Part shown: positions 24,715 through 30,986 of the stretch, one piece after another
How the letters are laid out: the number at the start of each line of letters is the position of its first letter
How positions within the stretch are numbered: the first letter of the stretch is position 1
IMG/VR virus record: IMGVR_UViG_3300032225_000704
Coordinates: 1 to 30,986 of that record
DNA from: a virus
Taxonomy: Duplodnaviria > Caudoviricetes
Direction: 5' to 3' (one strand)
DNA length: 30,986 nucleotides
The notes under the pieces: generated by a model
The model's database searches: none
What the model was told of the DNA's origin: nothing
What the model saw: the letters and a program-made list of their open reading frames with translations, nothing else
Position numbers and translations under genes: made by a program

Positions 24715-26388
24715 ATGGCTAATACAAATAAATTTTCACTTTTCGGTTTTACGATATCCCGTGAAAAGGACGAGCTTGAAAAAGTCTCGCAACAATCGTT
24801 TTCGCCTCCGTCTTCCGATGACGGCGCATTAACTATAACATCTGCCGCTTACTACGGTACATATGTTGACCTGGATGGCACAGCCAAAAATGAGGTAGAA
24901 TTAATTTCACGTTATCGTGAAATGGCCATGCAACCAGAAATTGAATCTGCAATAGATGATATAATTAATGAAGCCATTGTACAAGACGATGATGGTACAA
25001 TTACAAATATTGTTTTGGATAATTTGAAACAACCAGAAAAGATTAAGAAAGCCATCAAAGATGAATTTCAAACTATCTTACGTTTATTTAATTATCAAAA
25101 CATGGCACAAGATATTTTCCGTAGGTATTACATCGATGGTAGACTTTTCTATCATGTGATTATCAATAGAGATAATCCTGTAGAAGGTATTAAAGAGTTA
25201 CGTTATATTGATCCACGTAAACTTCGTAAAGTACGTGAGATTAAAAAACAAAAAGATGAACGTACCGGTGCAGAAGTTATGCAAACGGTCAATGAATATT
25301 ATATTTACAACGATAAGGTTGTGACTGGTTCATCGTCTAATTATGGTCCAGTTGGTGTACGTATTACAACGGATTCAATCGTTTCGGTTGTTTCTGGTTT
25401 AATGGATTCACGTAGAGCAGTCGTTCTGAGTTATCTACATAAAGCTATCAAGCCTCTTAATCAACTTCGTATGATAGAGGATGCAACGGTTATCTACCGT
25501 ATTTCGAGAGCTCCAGAACGCCGCATCTTTTATATTGACGTAGGTAATCTACCAAAATTAAAAGCGGAACAGTATCTCCGTGATATCATGGTCAAGTACA
25601 AGAACAAGTTGGTATATGATGCCAATACGGGTGAAGTACGTGATGACCGTAAATTTATGTCTATGATGGAAGACTTTTGGTTACCACGTAGAGAAGGTGG
25701 TAAAGGTACAGAAATCACTACATTACCAGGTGGTCAAAATCTTGGTGAACTAGAAGATGTTAAGTACTTCCAAAAGAAATTGTATGGTGCATTGTCTGTG
25801 CCAATCTCCAGATTAGAACCAAATCAAGGGTTTTCATTAGGTCGTACCTCTGAAATTACCCGTGACGAATTAAAGTTTTCTAAATTTGTTGACCGTCTGC
25901 GTAACAAATTTACAGAAGTATTTGACCAAGCATTAAGAATACAATGTGTTCTCAAAGGTATTTGTACTGCTGATGAATGGGACTTATTCAAAGAAAATAT
26001 ATATTATGATTTCATTAAAGATAATAACTTTACTGAACTCAAAGAAGCAGAACTGATGAATCAGCGTTTGAGTTTATTGGGTGCTGTTGATCCATATACA
26101 GGTCGTTATTTCTCACAAGCATGGATTCAACGTAATGTTTTACGTTTGACAGATGACCAGATTAAAGAAATACAAGATGAGATAGACAAAGAGAAAGAAG
26201 AAGGTTTAGGTTTGCCAGTTGGTGTTATGAATGACGTAGCACAACAACAAATGGCATCAAATATACCTGCTCAACCTACTCATCCAGAAGATTTGAAGGC
26301 GCAAGCTGAAATGCAACAAGCATCACAAAAAGCGGCGGCAAAAAAAGAAGAAGTGAATACTTTCAATAAATTGAAACGTATATTATAA
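24715..26388 (+). CDS. gp20: Portal protein gp20
   Basis: SYLHKAIKPLNQLRMIEDA.VIYRISRAPERRIFYIDVGNLPK.KAEQY, EDFWLPRREGGKGTEITTLPG, EITRDELKF.KF. Confidence 0.98.
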   Translation: MANTNKFSLFGFTISREKDELEKVSQQSFSPPSSDDGALTITSAAYYGTYVDLDGTAKNEVELISRYREMAMQPEIESAIDDIINEAIVQDDDGTITNIVLDNLKQPEKIKKAIKDEFQTILRLFNYQNMAQDIFRRYYIDGRLFYHVIINRDNPVEGIKELRYIDPRKLRKVREIKKQKDERTGAEVMQTVNEYYIYNDKVVTGSSSNYGPVGVRITTDSIVSVVSGLMDSRRAVVLSYLHKAIKPLNQLRMIEDATVIYRISRAPERRIFYIDVGNLPKLKAEQYLRDIMVKYKNKLVYDANTGEVRDDRKFMSMMEDFWLPRREGGKGTEITTLPGGQNLGELEDVKYFQKKLYGALSVPISRLEPNQGFSLGRTSEITRDELKFSKFVDRLRNKFTEVFDQALRIQCVLKGICTADEWDLFKENIYYDFIKDNNFTELKEAELMNQRLSLLGAVDPYTGRYFSQAWIQRNVLRLTDDQIKEIQDEIDKEKEEGLGLPVGVMNDVAQQQMASNIPAQPTHPEDLKAQAEMQQASQKAAAKKEEVNTFNKLKRIL

Positions 26389-26391
26389 ATA
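26384..26391 (+). promoter_or_regulatory. T4 late promoter TATAAATA
   Basis: Exact consensus overlapping the gp20 stop. GGGAGA SD before ATG 26411. Confidence 0.75.
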
Positions 26392-26410
26392 GTTTAATCG
26401 GGAGAATAAT

Positions 26411-26596
26411 ATGTCAGAAACAACAAGAGCAATTGTAGATTATGCAGAAGATGGAAACGCAACTGAAATGCGTGATGCCTTGTATTCTGCTATTCAAAAT
26501 AGAGTTATGTCTCATATTGAGGCACACAAAGAACAATTAGCAAAAAATCTTTTCAACCAGCCAAAAGAAGCCGAAGTAGAAGATTCCGCAGTTTAA
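26411..26596 (+). CDS. Small acidic protein at the gp67 (prohead core) position
   Basis: 61 aa, helical and acidic, with good SD, directly after the portal. Assignment is positional. Confidence 0.55.
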   Translation: MSETTRAIVDYAEDGNATEMRDALYSAIQNRVMSHIEAHKEQLAKNLFNQPKEAEVEDSAV

Positions 26597-26608
26597 TAGG
26601 AAACAAAA

Positions 26609-27136
26609 ATGGCAAATTCATATACATATCAGGTAATCAAAGATACTACAGAACATGTTGTCATTAAACTGACAGCATCATTTGATGGTACTGGCCAAGA
26701 ATCTAATACAGTTCGTATTCAAGCAAACACATTGTATGGCGCTTTGGCAACCAATAGTTATCTTGTTGCTAACAATCAAGGTGGCGCAGCAAATACGGCT
26801 TTATCGTATTATGGTTTGACATTGAATCGTTTGTGGTATGACTGTGGTGCTGGCGGTGATGTTCAATTATTTTGGAACGCAGCAACGCCACTACCATTAA
26901 TTATTATGAATGGTAATGGTGAATATGATGGCATGGGTAACTGGACAACTATTCCAAATAATACAGCCAATACAACAGGTAGTAAAGGTGACATTGGTGT
27001 TGTAACACGTGGTATGGTTGCAAATGATTCATACACTATGGTTATCGAATTACGTAAAGATAATGCACATTATCAACGTGGTCAATTTAATGATCCTGCT
27101 GCATTTAACTACGGTTCTTACGGTGTAAGACCATAA
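26609..27136 (+). CDS. Conserved beta-rich phage protein in the head module (possible minor capsid/decoration protein)
   Basis: 175 aa with VVIKLT...DGTG.ES...LWYD...GDI...T.G...DSYTMVIELRK. Lies between gp20 and gp21 with an AGGA SD. Function is inferred. Confidence 0.5.
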   Translation: MANSYTYQVIKDTTEHVVIKLTASFDGTGQESNTVRIQANTLYGALATNSYLVANNQGGAANTALSYYGLTLNRLWYDCGAGGDVQLFWNAATPLPLIIMNGNGEYDGMGNWTTIPNNTANTTGSKGDIGVVTRGMVANDSYTMVIELRKDNAHYQRGQFNDPAAFNYGSYGVRP

Positions 27137-27149
27137 TAGAAAGTCTATA

Positions 27150-27794
27150 ATGAAACTCATTAAAGAAATTACCGAATCGGTAAACTACTTAGTAGAAGAA
27201 AAGAACGGCAAAAAAGAACTCTATATTGAAGGTCCTTTTCTAGTTGCCGAAGCGGTTAACAAAAACAAACGCATGTACAAAGAAGAAACAATGCGTAATG
27301 AAGTTAATCGTTATACAGAAGAATACATTAATAAACATCGTGCCTTTGGTGAACTGGGTCATCCAGACACCCCATCTATCAATCTTGACCGTGTATCTCA
27401 CTTAATTGTGGGTTTGCGCCAAGAAGGAAACGCTTGGATAGGCAAAGCTAAAATCCTTGAAACCCCTATGGGTAACATCGCAAGAAACCTTATTGAAGGT
27501 GGTGCTCAACTTGGAGTGTCATCTAGAGGTATGGGTTCTCTTAAAATGGAAAACGGTATCAACGTTGTTCAAGGTGATTTTTGTCTAGCCACAGCGGCAG
27601 ATATAGTAGCAGACCCTTCCGCACCTGGTGCTTTCGTACAAGGTATCATGGAAGGTAAAGAGTGGATGATGGTCAATGGAATATGGACCGAAGTTCAGTA
27701 TGAGGAAGCAAAGCAAGAAATTCGTCAAGCTTCTCGTAAAGAGATTGAACAAGTAAGTTTAAAAATATTCGAAAATTTCATCAAAAAACTTTAA
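27150..27794 (+). CDS. gp21: Prohead protease gp21
   Basis: MKLIKE, GELGHP, LGVSSRGMGS, ADIVADPSAPGAF. Confidence 0.96.
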   Translation: MKLIKEITESVNYLVEEKNGKKELYIEGPFLVAEAVNKNKRMYKEETMRNEVNRYTEEYINKHRAFGELGHPDTPSINLDRVSHLIVGLRQEGNAWIGKAKILETPMGNIARNLIEGGAQLGVSSRGMGSLKMENGINVVQGDFCLATAADIVADPSAPGAFVQGIMEGKEWMMVNGIWTEVQYEEAKQEIRQASRKEIEQVSLKIFENFIKKL

Positions 27795-27795
27795 T

Positions 27796-27803
27796 TATAA
27801 ATA
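27796..27803 (+). promoter_or_regulatory. T4 late promoter TATAAATA upstream of gp22
   Basis: Exact consensus. AAGGAG SD follows. Confidence 0.8.
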
Positions 27804-27830
27804 TCCATTATATACAAGGAGATTCTCAAA

Positions 27831-29117
27831 ATGGGAAATTTTAATCTAGCAGATGCCGCTAAAGCAATTTTGGTTGAAGGTTCAAAAGAAACCTTTGGTT
27901 CAAACATTTCTTCTAAAGCCAGCGGTAAAGACAAACCACAAAAATTGAATCCAGCAGTTGCCTATGGCACTAAAGATGCTGGTGAAATCGGCACATCACC
28001 TAACGATGTGAATGATACGTTACCAGATTACACAAAAGGTGTTCCATCAGCAACAGCTCCAGGTGCTACACCGCCAGTTGGCGCTCAACCTGCTCCTAAA
28101 TTGGCGCATCAACCAGGTCAAGACCTGGCAGGTGAGACAGACAAAGACATGGGAAGTCATCAAGGTTCCGAATCATCTTACGAAAACATTCGTGACCGTG
28201 TTAAAGCAAAATTGGCAAAACAAACTATGCAGCCAAATCCAGGTGCCACATTCCAATCTTACGATGATGCAACTACAACTAACGAAGAAGTTGACTTAGA
28301 AGAAGAAAAAGAAGAAGGTCATGAAGATGCAGCTCAAGACAAAGCCATGATTAAGAAAATGATGAAGAAAGAAAAGATGAAAGAGCAAATGGAACAAGAC
28401 GTTGATGCTCTATTGTCCGGTGAAAACCTTTCTGAAGAATTCAAAGACAAAGCAACTACAATTTTTGAAGCTGCCGTTATCGCTCGTACACAATCTGTTA
28501 TGGAAGATATTGAACAAGCTTTATTCGAAGAATTTGAAGTTGCCGTTGAAGAAATCAAAGAAGACTTGGCTAACAAATTAGACGACTATATCAATTATAT
28601 GGCAGAAGAATGGTTGAAAGAGAACCAATTGGCAGTTGAAAAAGGTCTACGTGCTGAAATTGTTGAATCTTTCATTGAAGGTATGAAAGGTCTATTTGAA
28701 GAACACTATATTGATATTCCAGAAGAAAAAGTGGATATCGTTGAAGGTCTAACAAGCAAAGTTGAAGAACTTGAAGCTTCACTGAACGAACAGATTCAAG
28801 CTGCCGTTGAATTGAAGAAAGAATTAAATGAATCTAAAAAAACAGAGGCTATACATGCAGTATGTGAAGGCCTAACGCAGACTCAAGTAGAAAAAATGAA
28901 ATCGCTCGCAGAGGGTGTGGATTTTACTACTGACGAAGAATTCGCAGATAAATTGGTAACATTGAGAGAATCATATTTCAATGAATCAATTAATACATCT
29001 GGCAGTTCTGCATTGAATGAAGAAGTTGTAATTGAAGATGACAAGAAACCTACAAATCATGTCGATGCTGAAATTGCACAATATGCACAAACAATCTCTA
29101 AAACCTTGGTTAAATAA
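27831..29117 (+). CDS. gp22: Prohead core scaffold protein gp22
   Basis: Highly acidic coiled coil with LSEEFK.KA.TIFEAAV, LDDYINY..EEWL.EN.LAVE.G, F.EHYIDIPEEK, L.ESYF. Long low-complexity N-terminus. Confidence 0.92.
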   Translation: MGNFNLADAAKAILVEGSKETFGSNISSKASGKDKPQKLNPAVAYGTKDAGEIGTSPNDVNDTLPDYTKGVPSATAPGATPPVGAQPAPKLAHQPGQDLAGETDKDMGSHQGSESSYENIRDRVKAKLAKQTMQPNPGATFQSYDDATTTNEEVDLEEEKEEGHEDAAQDKAMIKKMMKKEKMKEQMEQDVDALLSGENLSEEFKDKATTIFEAAVIARTQSVMEDIEQALFEEFEVAVEEIKEDLANKLDDYINYMAEEWLKENQLAVEKGLRAEIVESFIEGMKGLFEEHYIDIPEEKVDIVEGLTSKVEELEASLNEQIQAAVELKKELNESKKTEAIHAVCEGLTQTQVEKMKSLAEGVDFTTDEEFADKLVTLRESYFNESINTSGSSALNEEVVIEDDKKPTNHVDAEIAQYAQTISKTLVK

Positions 29118-29158
29118 ATAAATTTTACCAACATAGAAACTCACAAGGAGAACATTAA

Positions 29159-30499
29159 ATGTTTCTAACAGAAGAACTACAAAAAAAATGGGATCCAGTT
29201 CTGAATCACCCAGAATTGACTACCATTGCCGACCCATACAAGAAAGCTGTTACAGCACTTGTTTTGGAAAACCAACAACAAGCTATGCGTCAAGATGCAC
29301 AAGCATTGAATGAAACTAGTTCTGCTACACCAACTAACGTTGCTGGCGGTGTTTCAAACTATGACCCAATCTTGATTTCTCTAGTACGCCGTGCTTTGCC
29401 TAACCTAATCGCTTATGACGTTGCTGGCGTTCAGCCAATGACTGGTCCTACAGGATTGATTTTCGCAATGCGTGCTCGTTACTCTGCACAATCTGGTGCA
29501 ACTGCTAACGCAAACGAAGCATTCTTCAATGAAGCAAATACCGAATTCTCTGGTACTTCTTCTGCTGCTAACCCATACGGCTTCCGTGGTAACAACACTA
29601 CTGACATTACTGCCAACACCACTGCTGATTTGACCGCTAACAGTTTCACAACTGGTATTGGTCTACCAACAGCTACTGCTGAAGGTTTGGGTGGCGATTC
29701 TAACCCTGCTTTCCAACAAATGGCATTCTCTATCGAGAAAGTTACTGTTACTGCACAATCACGTGCTTTGAAGGCTGAGTACTCACTTGAACTCGCTCAA
29801 GACTTGAAAGCAATTCATGGTTTGGATGCTGAAACAGAATTGTCAAACATTCTGTCAACAGAAATCTTGGCTGAAATCAACCGTGAAGTTATCCGTACAA
29901 TCTATACTTGTGCCGTTGCAGGTGCTCAGTATGGTACTACAACTGCTGGTGCTTTCGACTTGGACACAGACTCCAACGGTCGTTGGTCAGTTGAACGTTT
30001 CAAAGGTTTGATTTTCCAAATCGAACGTGATGCTAACGTTATTGCAAAACAAACTCGTAGAGGTAAAGGTAACGTTCTGATTGTTTCTTCAGACGTTGCT
30101 TCTGCTATGGCTATGGCTGGTGTTCTACAATACACACCTGCTCTACAAGCTGACCTACAAGTTGATGATACAGGCAACACATTTGCTGGTATGTTACACG
30201 GTCGTATCAAGGTCTATATCGACCCATACTTCGGTGGTTATACATCTAACCAAGAATTGGTTACTGTTGGTTATAAGGGTTCTTCTCCTTATGACGCTGG
30301 TCTATTCTACTGCCCATACGTTCCTCTACAAATGGTTCGTGCAGTTGACCAAGCAACATTCCAACCAAAGATTGGTTTCAAGACTCGTTACGGCATGGTT
30401 GCAAACCCATTCGCAACTGGTTTGACAACAGGCAACGGTGCATTGAACGCTCGTACAAACGTTTACTATCGCATTTTTGCAGTGAAAAACTTAATGTAA
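29159..30499 (+). CDS. gp23: Major capsid protein gp23
   Basis: GVQPMTGPTGLIFAMR, SRALKAEYSLELAQDLKAIHGLDAE.EL.NILS.EI, YCPYVPL, FQPKIGFKTRYG..ANPF. Confidence 0.99.
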   Translation: MFLTEELQKKWDPVLNHPELTTIADPYKKAVTALVLENQQQAMRQDAQALNETSSATPTNVAGGVSNYDPILISLVRRALPNLIAYDVAGVQPMTGPTGLIFAMRARYSAQSGATANANEAFFNEANTEFSGTSSAANPYGFRGNNTTDITANTTADLTANSFTTGIGLPTATAEGLGGDSNPAFQQMAFSIEKVTVTAQSRALKAEYSLELAQDLKAIHGLDAETELSNILSTEILAEINREVIRTIYTCAVAGAQYGTTTAGAFDLDTDSNGRWSVERFKGLIFQIERDANVIAKQTRRGKGNVLIVSSDVASAMAMAGVLQYTPALQADLQVDDTGNTFAGMLHGRIKVYIDPYFGGYTSNQELVTVGYKGSSPYDAGLFYCPYVPLQMVRAVDQATFQPKIGFKTRYGMVANPFATGLTTGNGALNARTNVYYRIFAVKNLM

Positions 30500-30542
30500 T
30501 CATCCCTTGGGATGGGAAGAAGTCACCACAGAGTGACATTTT

Positions 30543-30574
30543 AAAAGACCACCTTCGAAGGTGGTCTTTTTTTT
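30543..30574 (+). terminator. Intrinsic terminator after gp23
   Basis: Perfect 28-bp palindrome aaaagaccaccttcgaaggtggtctttt (30543-30570) running into T8. Confidence 0.9.
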
Positions 30575-30602
30575 GGCTCCTAAATAGTAGTAAGGAGATA
30601 AA

Positions 30603-30986
30603 ATGACTGTACTAAACAGAAATCCACAGAATACCAATCCATTACAACCCACGAAATTCTTACTGACGTTTGGTCGTATACAAACGGTGCAGTATTTTTG
30701 TCAAGAAGTTAATCTTCCTGGTGTAACACTAGGTGAAGTTAATCGTGCCACTCCATTTTTGGATATGTTCTCGCCTGGTACCAAACTGACATATGACCCA
30801 CTTGATATAACATTTACAGTTGATGAAGAAATGGCATCATGGAAGAATCTGTATGATTGGTTTATCTCAATTGCCGATCCAGATGGATTTGAAAAACGTA
30901 CCTATGTAAAAGAATTACAAAGAACAGAACATTTTTCGGATGCTTATCTGACTGTATTATCTGCCTTAAATAATCCAGTATTAAGA
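30603..30986 (+). CDS. gp3: Tail completion/tube terminator protein gp3, 3'-truncated (absent from the ORF track)
   Basis: Manual translation MTVLNRNPQNTNPLQPTKFLLTFGRIQTVQYFCQEVNLPGVTLG...PGTKLTYDPLDITFTVDEEMASWKNLYDW...SDAYLTVL..LNNP, open to the window end. CCTAAATA at 30579-30586 and AAGGAG SD. Confidence 0.88.
   Translation, partial: MTVLNRNPQNTNPLQPTKFLLTFGRIQTVQYFCQEVNLPGVTLGEVNRATPFLDMFSPGTKLTYDPLDITFTVDEEMASWKNLYDWFISIADPDGFEKRTYVKELQRTEHFSDAYLTVLSALNNPVLR

Noticed and set aside
11-30425. Alternate-frame and minus-strand ORFs in the track (e.g. 11..196, 605..919, 1916..2302, 3250..3534, 8499..8792, 11123..11494, 11896..12348, 28012..28299, 30081..30425)
   Set aside because: All lie within convincing + strand genes and have the Met/Leu/Gln- or Pro-rich composition expected of shadows of biased codon usage. 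None has a recognisable motif.
17541-30499. Introns, inteins or homing endonucleases in core genes
   Set aside because: gp17, gp18, gp20 and gp23 are uninterrupted and of normal or short length, and the intergenic gaps are too small.

Overview
Fragment of a T4-like (myovirus) phage genome, AT-rich, with all credible genes on the + strand. The right half (17541-30986) is the conserved virion morphogenesis operon: gp13, gp14, gp15, gp16, gp17, gp18, gp19, gp20, two small head-region genes, gp21, gp22, gp23, and the start of gp3. It carries T4-type late promoters (TATAAATA and variants) and intrinsic terminators. The left half (1-17495) is a hypervariable fibre/adhesin region that reads as repeated two-gene cassettes. 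Each has an Ala/Asn/Ser/Thr-rich 'stalk' gene built from a small kit of shared modules (A-N-x-A heptads, GYLSN, GGVG, FxDG) followed by a tightly coupled 'head' gene (polyglycine adhesin-like, YW..GTW-type, or a subtilisin protease). The main inference is that short terminal tags on the heads co-vary with the C-terminus of the upstream stalk rather than with the head fold, suggesting a plug-and-socket code for building branched, mix-and-match fibres. Two intergenic chimeric scars (1467-1839 and 7673-7930), one containing the 5' end of a divergent second gp13, record duplication, import and deletion of such cassettes. Family calls come from motif recognition only, since no database search could be run. 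The host cannot be determined from this window.
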